Made by a program: the position numbers and the translations under genes
NCBI RefSeq assembly: GCF_018977255.1
Contig: NW_024704753.1
Span: forward strand, 7,440,001 to 7,504,000
DNA from: Callorhinchus milii
Lineage: Eukaryota
Length of the DNA stretch: 64,000 nt
Reading direction: 5' to 3'
Part shown: positions 37,425 to 49,785 of the stretch, piece after piece
How positions within the stretch are numbered: the first letter of the stretch is position 1
Layout of the letters: every line of letters starts with the position of its first letter
The notes under the pieces: model-generated
What the model was told of the DNA's origin: nothing
Seen by the model: the letters and a program-made list of their open reading frames with translations, nothing else
The model's database searches: none

Positions 37425-40400
37425 GTAAGTGCTTCCCTGTAGCTGGCACAGGTCAGATAATCAGCACTGATTATCTGACAAATGCAGTGTGTTTTTTTTC
37501 TCAAATCTATCATGTTTAGAATCTGTAGTTTAATACTTCATATTTCCTGAATTTAGGTTTGACATGTAAGCTTCCATACTGCCAATCCAGATGCATGCGG
37601 TGTGTGCATAATTGCCCACTCTCTGGCTTTCATGTTGGGTATCAAAGGCTCCTCTCAGTAAGGCTTAGATGTTTATTAACATTTTCTAACCTCCATGCAA
37701 AGTAAACAAGAATTAACATCACAAAAAGATGTCAGTAATATATTTGTTCAATTATCTGTACAGCTAATTGACTGCATAATACTTGAAACAGATTGTCTTT
37801 ACACAATGATAGAATAATGCTTGTTCTCCACAGCAATGATTAACACCACTGTGGTAATTATACTCTGCTGCCAGGATAAGCACAACAAATAAATTCCACA
37901 TTTATAAATCAGTTCTGACTGCTTGGGTTCCCTCCATACTTATCAAAGTGCATTGCGTTACATGGCTATTAGCACGTGTAGAAACACAGCTATTATGCAA
38001 TGCAAGGTGTCACAAATATGCACTGCACAACATTGAAAACACTTTTCAAATAATCTTTCCTGTCTTCTTGAAATCAGCCTAGCAAAACACTAAGAGTGCA
38101 GCTCTAATTAGATTTCCTCCCTCCCCATAAAACAAAAAATAGTATAACTGTAATTTTTCTCTAGACTATCTTAATCGATATCGCTTTGGATATCCAACAA
38201 GGCTTACTCTTAAGCTCAACTAAAGTGGATTCTAAAGTAGCTTTAAAAGAAAATTCCACCAGGATCCCTGTTCCTGATCCCTTTTGCAGATGCCATACAG
38301 TGAATGATGTGAAGACAGGATCAGGCTAGGCTGAAACGCCCGTCGTGCTTGAATAGCTTGACTATGCTCAATTAAGGCACCTACAGTAAAAATAAGCACA
38401 GGCGGGATACCAGAAAACGCATGAAACTGAACCCTAGCACAAGAGAAAATGAGTCAAGTGCATTTGGGAGAGGAAACAGAAGGAAGAAAAAAATTGGCTA
38501 AAAAAATTGGCAAGAGAAAACATTTTTTCACTTTTCACATCTCATCCATTTACATTAATTACGATGTTCATGGTCTTTTTAATGAAGATGACGGAATCAG
38601 CAGTTATTGCATGGAGTTTAGTTAATGCAGGTTTTACTCATAGGAGGCAATAGCAAAAGTTGTGGGAGTTGGCAAATATGTATTGGGAGTATTCCGAATG
38701 CAAAACCGAGGAGTAGGTGATGAACTACCTCCTTACCATGAAAAATACTCCTGTTTACTCATAAACTTACCTTAACAGGCAGAAAATTCCAGCACTCAAG
38801 ACCGACCTTGTTTTTATTTCTGTTTGATGCCTGACAAATATTCTGTATTTTGGTTTACTTTTGCTGTAGTGCATTTTCTTGGTGGAAATACAGGGTATTG
38901 GTGATAAGCAGCAGTGCTTTTGACACTGGTATAATGGAAACAAATGCAAAATTAGTCTCCGTGTATTTGCACCAAAAATTGTTGCTATCCTATTAGATTT
39001 GTTTAGTAGTTTTGTATGCTTTAAATGCTACATATTTTACCATCAGTACACTGCTATAATGTTTTAGTATTTTCAAATTGCGATCGTTACATTGAAGGAA
39101 TGCAGTACTAGACTAGTGAAATTAATGAATCCATTTAGCTTGCATGATTTTTCTTAACTGCAGTACACTATAAACCACGTAGTTTAAAGGTGCCATTTTT
39201 GAAAAACAACCCATGTGAGTACCAAATCTGGAAATTTTCTAATTAATTTTTTTTCATCTGTGTTTATCAAATTGACGCTCTTGAACTAAAGAGAATATTG
39301 AAATAAAATTCAATTTTTTTAAAAAAAAGAGAAGTGATGAGTATAAATTTCACAGTCGGTATCCCCTTTTGTGAACGACCTGCATATAAAACCTGCCTGC
39401 TGACTGATTTGCAGTGCATTTTCTGACATTTTTCAGTATTTAGTGGAAAAAGAACAACTGGTATTATAACATCTTAAAGAGCCCTGCTGAAAATATGTCA
39501 TTAGCTTTACTGAACCATTAAGTAAAAAACTCATGGTGTCCTGCAGTATCCCCACCATATCCTTATTGTGTGCCTCAAATCTTGAAATGTATTATTAGAG
39601 TGCTGGAATGTGACAAGGAGAATGTCGCCCAGGCCAACAAAAATTTTTACATTTTACAAAAAAAACATTTTTTTTAAATCATGGGATTTTTTTGGATGAA
39701 TTTATGAATCTGTAATCATGACGGTGAAAGCAAAAAGGTGCGTATCTTTGATATTTACATTTACAAAACTGCTCAAAATAATCTAGATCAGTTTCTCATT
39801 AGAGCTTCAGTCCCCACAAAACACTCTTGCAGCTAGTATCTGAAAATGGATAGCTGCCATCAATCATTGTCATTTCTTCTTTTCACTTCTCCAGCTGAGG
39901 TTGACTAGTGTCATTGTTTGTTATTGTCCAAAACAGATCTTCATTCTTTTAATGTCAAAGAGATATGACATGTGCGCATTTACCAGAGGACTGTGATGGA
40001 AAGTCACCTTTTCCATGTCTGACATCTCATTGTGAACTTCCTGCAAGAAATTTTAATAATTTGCACAAATAGAATTAATTGTCTGGGTATGCTGCTAACA
40101 AGCCCCAAAATAATTTGGTTGAGATATTTTGGTTAACTTAGATTAATATTAATTCAGATCGATTGTAATTTAAAGTCTTCTTGCAGTACCACATTTTTCT
40201 TCTAATAATTCAGCCGTTTTTTAATAAAAGTTTTAAAAAATGTTTACGATTTTTTAAAACGTAGTAAGGTTTTGTTTTGTTTTAAAGGGCAGATAGCAGT
40301 CATATTACTGTGACTCATTAAACAGATTGACCCGTTTTTCCAATAATTCTGTTTATTTAATTCATTACAGTTCAAAGGGTTCCCATTTTGTTTTAAAATG

Positions 40401-43400
40401 CCATTGATTCTAACATTTGCCATAGTGAACTCCAATTGCACTCCATCTAAAATTGTGATGAGATTCTCAAATACATCTACTAGTAAATTATGGTTTGTCA
40501 CACACATTAGCATTTCTGAACATTACTTATCAATATAAAGTTGAATATAGTATGGATTTTGTAGAAAAAATCATAGTGTGCTAAGAAATTAATAGTTCCA
40601 CTTACCACTACACAGAGGTGTTGTATTAAGTTTGGGTGTTATTTGCACATTTTTATTAAACCCATCGGCTATGAATAATTGTGATGAAACCACGTCTCTT
40701 GTGGGTTTATAGCTAAACAGTGTTAGTCAGATGTCACTCACTAAAAATGGTAATTTTTTTTGTTATAAAGGCATTAAAACCAATGAACATTGTATATTAG
40801 ACCCATTCGTCAGTAAAAGGCTATGATTATTGTTTTGGAATAGGCTAAATATTTGTTATGAATAACTGAATACTATAAAAAATTATAACTGGTTATTTTC
40901 TGTAGATGAAAATGAAATCAAACCTTTGGTAATTACACATTTCTTTACATTTAACTAGTAGGCAAATAATTACTCAGAATTGACCTTTCTGCATTTTTCC
41001 ATCAAAACAACAAAACTATTTTATTTAGTTTACTTGCTGATGCAGATCTTCAATTCGACATTATAATACTAAATTGAAGACTCTAACACAAAATAATCCC
41101 TAGACATGGCACAGGTTTACACATTTACAAGGGGTTTTGAAAACGTCAACGACCACACAGTACCCAAAGGGTTAACATGCTCCAAAGTACATTAATAACT
41201 GCCTATCACCAGCGAGACCATCCTTTTAGTACTGAATAGCAGAAATAAAATATCAGTAACCCTGCTTCACAGTGCTACCTGAATCCAATCCTATGGTAAA
41301 CTCTGGAAACCACTCACATGATTAAATGTGTCCGACACAATAACGTTTGTGGAACTAAATGTCTTTGACCTATACTTTGACTTGTGCAGGAAGGCTGTCA
41401 TTAGAATGCATGAGAATTGTTGTCATCAGAAAAGAAAAGGAATTTTTTGTTGGGGGGAGAGAGTGTAATTCTCTGCCAGTACTAGTGATTTGGTCTAGTA
41501 ATACAGTATGAAGCACTGACAATGTGGTATTGGGATAGTGCATTATTGTCCATGTCAAAATGAACATGTGCACCAGGAGATTTTTAGAAAAAATGCACAT
41601 GAATTAAAACAAAGTTCCATTTTCAAAGTTCGAACAGTTGGCATTTAAACAGCTGGTTTATCTTTCTATGTCACATATTGTTGTGCATTTTGATCAAAGA
41701 ATCGCTTTAACAGCTTCTCAGTTAGTCTTTTGATATTTAAATTTTGCAACAATCTTGTTATATTAATGGTAATGTATCTGAAACGTTTAAATCTATTAAT
41801 TTTCATCACATTGTCAATTGGTAAGGGAGTTGCAATGTTAATGCTAAATGCTTTTCTGCATTTTATTCACAAATTTAATTTGTGTTGATAGAACTTCACA
41901 GAATTTAAGTCATTTACATCAAAATCATAGACAATAATGATTGATCAATGCTGATGTGTTTTGCTAGTTTTCCCTATTTTGGGAATGTGAACATTCATAA
42001 AATAACACATTTTCAGATAAAAGTGACCAATTTGGAAACCATTGTTCATATAAATTCACAATAAAAAGGATTTAAACCATTTCTTTTGTTATGCTCCTTT
42101 TATTATTACATTTTGTTCTAAATTTGCAGGATTAACCCATTTTAACCCATTATTGGTTTAACCTAAGCAGTGCTTCAATATGAGTTGCTTTTTCCTGAAC
42201 AGAATCTTCTCATAGTCTTGGACATTAATGACACTTGTCAAAACTCATTTGTTACCTTTATTACATGAACATTAATACTTTGGGAATTTTACAAATGAAT
42301 AACACTTTGGCCTGTATAGAAACCAAATGCTAGGGACCTACAAAACAGTGCTAGGAAACAGAGGGATGAAAGAATCATCCCTTATTTGAGTCAGGATCTG
42401 GGGAAAGCCCACATAATGGAAAGGTAAATGTACTTAACAAGCAGTTGAATAACACATACAGAACTATCAAGTAACTAGGGTGCATCTGACCACACCTAGA
42501 ATGGCTTCTGTTTTTATTTCTTTGGCTGATTACAGTATCTTAGCTACGCATGATGAGATTAATTAGTTAGTCCTTAGGTGGTTGAGCCTACAGGCTTAGT
42601 ATGAAAAGAAAAGCATGAATGCTCTTACTCCATTAATTCATAGTAAATGGCAGAATGCAACTCTTGCTGTGCCAGTTCTTTTTGTCTTTTTGCTTAACAG
42701 TGCAGATATAACAGTGCCAGACTGCTTTCCTTCATGAAATCATTTTTAATCTGCAATGAAGTATTGTATATAATTTCATTGCATTCTATTAACCATCTAT
42801 GAGTTTACCTTCGTTGCCAAACTCATTTGGGCTATAAAGAATTATTATGTTTTCCTGATTTCATTGCTACCATTAACCTGATTTGAAAAATTATATCATT
42901 TTGCATATTGAAAATATACAAAATAATGTACATGTATTTAAAATAACTTGTTAGCATTACTTCCTTTTGTTCTAATCATTTTATTATGTTCTCTTGCTCC
43001 AGTACAAGTTAGGTCCTCTACCTGTGCAATCCAACTCGGTCCAAATTGTAGAACAGCCCGGTTTGACCTAGCCCACCCCACTAATTTCTCCAAGGATGCT
43101 GTCAGTGCAATACTTGACCAATCCACCAGGAGGTGCACTTCAGCAACCTGGAAAACCCAGGCACTCAGGACTGGACTGGCACAATTGCCACCAAATAAAA
43201 TGCCTGAGCTTGCTTCTTTTTCTTCTGTCTCACCAGTTCCTTTGGGGTATTATTATCTAATTCTAAACAATTAGCTGAGAAACCAAAAATTATAACAACA
43301 ACAACTTGCATTTAAATAGCACCCTTTACGCGGGGTGGCGTCCCGGAACGACACCGGGATGCCACCCAATAACATTGCCCAACATAATTCATTTATTGAC

Positions 43401-44069
43401 ATTATTTGGGATGTGGGTTGAGAAATATGGGCTCTCAAGCAAAGCAACCTTTTATTTTGTTTTCAGTCATAGTTTTTACACTGGCAGATCATTTTAAGAT
43501 GAATTGTCTTGTGAAACAAATCCAATTCCTTTTACTTGTATAGAATTAAAGAATTTTTTTTTAAGTGACGCAACTTCACTTCATGAAGTTAAAATTTGAC
43601 GTAAAACCCTTTGTGGCTTAAATGAGCTACTGGACAGTGTAAAAGTTCAGCTGTCATATCAATTGGCTGTATTTGTTTCCATGGTACCTGCAGCAAAAAA
43701 AAATTCTTAAATAAAATGAACTAGTATTACATTCTGTGGAATGGCAGAATCTATTGTGAAAGAATATGATGCAGGAAGAAATAAACAATGAATGGGTTGC
43801 AAAGACAGTACAGAACTAGTTGTAGGGGGTTGGATAGTATGCATTATATTTGATATTTCTGTGACATTGTAATTGAATACCTTGCCCCAGAGTGACAGAA
43901 TCCATTGCATGAGATTTTTTTTGCAAAGGAAGATGTCAAAGATGAATTGAGGCAGAGTAGTTAGGGGTCACTAATCCTGAGGAGCTTGCTCAGTCTTGTG
44001 TACTGAGTCCAAAGCTTTGTTGTGTTGTTCTAACATATGTTATTTTCTGTATATGTGCCTGGCAAACAG

Positions 44070-44206
44070 ATGCAGACAGAGCGCAGAAGCACGGGATGGA
44101 TGAATTTATCTCTGCCAATCCTTGTGTTTTTGACCACGCTTCGCTCTTTGAGATGCTGCAGAGGCTGACTCTGGATCACAGACTTAATGATTCCTACTCC
44201 TGCCTG
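44070..44206 (+). CDS. CADPS: CADPS coding exon, 137 nt, ends at a GC donor
   Basis: aaacag acceptor; [45 protein letters not shown] then GCAAGT; only this junction keeps frame with the next exon. Confidence 0.93.
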
Positions 44207-44216
44207 GCAAGTACAT

Positions 44217-44775
44217 TATCATAGAATCATAGAATTATACAGCACAGAAGGAAGCCATCCGTCCCATCATGTCTGTGGCGGCTCTTTGAAAAGAACTATC
44301 CAAATCAATCCCATTCCCCCGCTCTCTCCCTATAGTCCTGCAAACTTGTCCTCACCAAATAATTATCTACTTCTTTCTTAAAAGTTGTTATCAAATCAGC
44401 TTCCACCAATCTTTCAGGGAACCATTCCACATCCGAACAACTCGCTGTGTGAAAAAATTTCTCCTCACCGCCTCTCTTTTTTTAACAACTATTTTAAATC
44501 GGTGTCCTCAGGTTACCGACCCACCCGCCAGTGGAAATAGTTTCTCCTTATTCAGCTCGCTGAGGCCTAACCAGTGTTTTATAAAGGTTCATCATAACTT
44601 CCTGACTTTTGTATTCTATGCCCCTATTTATAAAGCCTAGTATCCCGTATGCTTTTTTAACAGCTTTATTTACCTGTCCTGCCACCTTCAAAGATTTACT
44701 TATATGAACCGCCAGGTCTCTCTGTTCCTTCACCCCATTAAGATTCTACCATCTAGCCTCTCTTCATTCTTCCTC
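44217..44775 (-). mobile_element. CR1 LINE 3' fragment with internal deletion
   Basis: catagaatcatagaat tail, KAYGILGFINRGIEYKSQEVMMNLYKTLVRPQ on - strand. Confidence 0.9.
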
Positions 44776-45330
44776 ATTGCTCAATAGTTCACAAGAGTCG
44801 GACAAGTGCATTGAGGCGATATTGCTGTCATTCTGTCCTAAGTAAATAAAAAAGTAAATCTGTTCCCCATAAGGAGGAAAAACAAAAAATTACAAAATAA
44901 TATATAGACAAGTTCTAATATATTTTTACATCCCAGTCAATGTTCATCTTCCTTGAAGGTTTCATTTTTATCGTGTGACATTAATAGACAGTTAATAGAC
45001 TATGCAACCAGTCGATGTGAATCTCAGTTGAACCCAATTCTGAGTGAACCAAACTTTCTGTTCCTGGTCACCCTGCATCATAAATGGGGCACATTTCCCA
45101 GTCTTCCCTCTTCCCCCAGTACTTACATTACATCGGAAAATTGCTTCTACAAATGGTTCTGTAACAAGAATGCAGCATTAAATTGTATGGGAACTAATCT
45201 TGGAAATCCAGTTCAAATGGTATGCCACAGTATATTAATTTTCTTGATTTTTGAGGGTTTATTGTATCATATGCTTTTTCCATCCATGCACAAAACTGTA
45301 TTTGAGAGATTTTGGTTTTGTGTTGTTTAG

Positions 45331-45518
45331 GGCTGGTTTAGTCCAGGCCAGGTGTTTGTACTGGATGAATACTGTGCACGCTACGGAACCAGAGGCTGTC
45401 ACAGACATCTTTGCTACCTCAACGATTTGCTTGAAAGAGCAGAAAATGGAGCAATGATTGACCCAACCCTGCTTCACTACAGCTTTGCCTTCTGTGCTTC
45501 TCATGTACATGGCAACAG
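45331..45518 (+). CDS. CADPS: CADPS coding exon, 188 nt
   Basis: ttgtttag / GTAGAC; [62 protein letters not shown](R). Confidence 0.96.
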
Positions 45519-46511
45519 GTAGACTTCAATAACATCCTAATATGAGACTGTAGCAAACACAGTGGAGCAAACCAATGGTTCTTGGTCAGTGGTTCTGGCA
45601 CAGATAAGATAAACAGATACATTGCAATACCTTCCCATGTTAGACAAGCCCACAATGAAGCCTTTATGACCCTTTTCCATTCCACAATGGCACATAAACT
45701 GATCTTAGTATAACAATAGCCTTTTTCCTTTTAATTTATTATGAAATAATGAATCAGAATTGCAACTGAAGCAAAACAGCGGGACTTATATTCCAAATCA
45801 AGCTGAAACAGACTCCAGGTAAATGAGGAATAGTCTCATTGAGAGGGTGTGCAGTCCCAGCTTATACAGCTACTTTCCTTTCTGGAAAATGGGCAGTCTA
45901 TGTCTCCAGAAAGACCATCATTTACTCCGATATCTCAGATGCTGCATTGTGTTTTATTAGTAATTTTGTATGTGTATGAATGACAACCACATATCTTCAA
46001 AATGAGAGAAATGAGACAGCTGGCCAAAGATTAGGTTATATATTTTCCATGATGTCTGCTTTATGTTAGGATACGATGTTTTTAAATGATATATTGTGTA
46101 TTAGATTTGAAAGTAGGTCATCCCGTAGACTTTAATGTAAAATAATTGGTACAAGTTCCCATAACGTGGCTCAAGTTTGAAGTTAGTATTTATAGTGGAA
46201 TATTCTGAAAAATAGTTTATATGAAGAATCCCCACCAGTTTTATTTGAGTTCCATTCATTCTGGGCTTTTATGTGAATTGATACGTATAGGCACATGGGC
46301 TGAGTATACTGTGGATTTTTTNCCATTTAATTTTCTTTTGATTTTGTTGCATTTTATCGTAAGTGGAACTTTCATTTTAAAAAAAACTTCTTTCCTCCCA
46401 CTGATTTTTTTTTCCATGTTGACTTCAGTTTGTTGCACTGCTGTTTTTTTTCTTTCTTTCACGCTTTCTTGGTTCCGTTTCTCGTTTTCTCCATCACAAC
46501 TGCCTTTAAAG

Positions 46512-46679
46512 AGAGAAAGTTGCATTACTGGGGGCACAGCCAAGTGTAGAGGGAGAGGGGGACAAATCAGCCAGTCCCTCAGCCAATGAGCCAGACAGTG
46601 ACTCTAAAAAGGACAAAAAGGAGTCTAGAAAAGGTTCTAGAAAGGACTCCAAGTCGCAACCAAAAGCTGAACCAAAAAG
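46512..46679 (+). CDS. CADPS: CADPS cassette exon, 168 nt, Lys/Ser/Asp-rich low-complexity insert
   Basis: Long pyrimidine tract then tttaaAG; donor AG|GTAAGT; phase 2/2; open frame EKVALLGAQPSVEGEGDKSASPSANEPDSDSKKDKKESRKGSRKDSKSQPKAEPK(R); acceptor chosen as the only in-frame AG. Confidence 0.78.
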
Positions 46680-49514
46680 GTAAGTGTATGGTGTTAGAAG
46701 CTGGTGAAGTAAAAGTAATTAAGAAAGGCTAAACATCATTTCCTAAGTTTGGTAGAAAATATTAGCAGATCTAAGCACTTTCTTGGAAATTGGGAAACAA
46801 TATGCACTTATGGGAATAAAGGGTTAATTTAGTCCTTCTCCGCAGGGTCTCATCCTGCTCCTCCTCACAGCACACAAATCTCCGACCACAAGGTTGGCTG
46901 GTGACCTCTCCCCAGGCCACAAAAAAGCATGGAAGAGGCCTAGGTTGACTTAGCCGCTAAGTTTTACCCTACTTTGTGGCAATCGGCTCACTTATTCTGC
47001 AATCCTTCTGATAACCAACCCAAATTCTTCCAAGTGGCTACGGGGAAGTTGCAAGGCAAATTCATGCCCCATCACAACATGTTAGGACACTAATCGACTA
47101 TTTACATATTCATTTAGTAATGTAAATTAGTAGGATTTTGCAGGTTATGATGAACAGTAACTTAATAGTAATCACAGAGAAGTACAATTTGGGCTAAGGA
47201 AGACCTCTCAGTATTGAATTGTGGTATTCCTGAAATAACCCAACAAGGAATAGAAAAGCCGACAAGCCTACCTGCTTTCTGCTTAATTATGTGTATGAAT
47301 GATTATCCTTTCTTTACCTGCTTTATCTCTCCTGCTCAAGTAATCATGGTGATCCGCAATTCCCTGTGGAGGAATTTGCTTAAACAATGAGCTGAATTTG
47401 GCAAGCGTATCCAAAGCTTAAAAATATATTTTTAGAAAATCATTCACGAAGCCCTCTGTAACTATCAGAGAACACTGCAAACAGCACTTTCCATGAATGA
47501 AGAATTAAACAATGGAACAATATGTTGACAAAAGACAACAGGGTTAAAAAAAAAAGTCTTAAACCAGGAAATGTTGACAACATGGTCAATAGACTATTCA
47601 AGTCATACCTGAATTAAAGCCTTGGTGTAATAATATGTTTAGTTAACTGCAGTGAAGTTATACTTAAGTATGCAATGTAATCATTACATCCCTACAAAGC
47701 ATTGTGGTAAATTGAATGAGAGATCAGAATTTACCGATTATAATTAAAGCTTTATAATAATATAACAATCATTTAAAGTCACCCTTCACACCCGCTGGAT
47801 AATCAGAGAACAATCCTGAGCACAGAAAGTTCTTATACAAAAAAATTGATGGTTTCTCTTGAAAAATGAATGCAGGCATTGATATTGAAATAAACAGGGT
47901 CAAATGTAGGTCTAACTGCATGTAGATTTTAATATGTGCTAGGGATAGACGGTATCTTTTCATGTGGTGGAGTTGCAGTAAGTTGTCTGTTTGTATTGTG
48001 TTATTATTGGGTCAGACAGTGAGACAACAGTAGCTTGCAGTCAGTCAGAGAGTAGAGAGCGAATGTGATTCAAATGTTACAGGACAGCCTGAAGGTCAAG
48101 ACTGACAGAATGACAAGCTGTCACCAAGAAGAAACTAACTAGCTTGTGTCCTAGGTTCCAGTACACTGAAATGGTCTTGCTAGCTGATCAATGTCAATGC
48201 AGAGAGTAACAAAGGTTTGTCTACACAAAATGTATGCACATATTATCTTTAACCCTTACAGCACATTTAAAAGTGCTTCAGCTAAGCATTCTTAAAAAAT
48301 GTTTTTCTTTATGTTGTCCCTTGCATACTTTTTGTGGTGGAGGGGTAGGATGAGAAGTAATGGAAAATGTTGTTACATGCAGAACTGCACCATGAAGCGC
48401 AAAGATTATTGTTCAAGGGTCAGTAAATACTGACTAAGGTGCTGTTTTAAAAGGTAATTCTCATAGCTAATTGTAGATCACCTCATGCGATATTTGTGTC
48501 ATACTCTTCTCAGACAAACGATGTGCATAATACATCTACCTCTTTATTTAAATTTGTACAAATATTAGGTAACACTCGTTGTAACGTTGGGTTTGGTTTT
48601 TCGTCAGTGTTACTTTAAACATGACAAAACGAGAATTCAATTAATTATTAACATTTCTCATTTCGTACAATTAAACCAAACTGCAACTGCGCACATCCAG
48701 ATGTATTAATTTAACATAATATTCCCATGAGAGATCCACTAATATACGAAAAAGCTGTGTAGCGATGGTCTGATTAATTGTATATTTTTGACAAAAGCCA
48801 TTGGAAATATTATTATTTCTGACATGGCCCGAGATAGGAGACTGTGAGGAGAGTGAAGCTGACAGAGCTGGTGCTAACCACTGTGACAAAGACTTGAAAA
48901 GCAACCAACGTGACATCTTTCCTATCACGCTGCCGAAAATGTCATCTTTGTGAACGACAGTGAGAAAATGGTTTGCCGAAATTTTGAAAGGTAGAGTCGA
49001 AAGACGCTCATCATGTCAGATGTAATATAGTCCGCAGCTGTTTGAGAAAGGAAATCCTAGTGGCCATGACGGGTTTCAGTTGGCAGGCCCTCCAAGACAT
49101 CGGAACCACTCCAAAAATGGCTACAGTTGACCTGTGGATTGTACTACTCTTGTGGTCAAACGCTAGGCGCCCAACACTAGCCCAACTGCAAAATTACAAG
49201 CAATTAATAATTCTGCTTTCATTTTAAAATAAGTGCTTAGATTTTAATAATTATAACAGCCAGAGTAAAATACAGAAATTAATATAGATTTCATGAAATG
49301 CCAAATCCTTTTACTTTTCTTCTCAGCTTACAGCTTACCCCTATTTAATGTGGTATGAAAATATCAGCCTTGCACTGTCTTAAGAGAGAAATCCTAGGCT
49401 AGCCTATGTGTTAGCCGTACGGTGGCTATAAATATAATTTCACGTTCTTTACTGAAATATTCATTTCAAACCCTGTTTCTGGTACCCGAACGGTGTATAA
49501 ATATATAATGGTGG

Positions 49515-49785
49515 AAGCAAGAGACCTGGGTTCGATTCCCAGCAGGGCGAAACTTTGGGCAAGTTTCCTCACTCCACACCTGTTAATAATGCCTCAAGAA
49601 AAAAAACAATAATAATTTAGTCACTCAATCCACGATTGTTTGTGGGATGCTGCTGTGCGCAATTGGCTGCCGCGTTTTGCCCACAACTACACAGTCAATT
49701 CACTTCACAGTATATTCTGTGAAGCGCTTTGAGACGTCTCGAAGACGTGAAAAGTGCTGTATCAAATGCAAGGATTATTATTATA
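49515..49785 (+). mobile_element. tRNA-headed SINE, partly truncated head
   Basis: gagacctgggttcgattcccagcagggcgaaac...atcaaatgcaaggattattatt. Confidence 0.85.

Noticed and set aside
46221-46589. 122-aa hydrophobic ORF containing an N
   Set aside because: Translation of the pyrimidine tract in the wrong frame; the credible exon is 46512-46679
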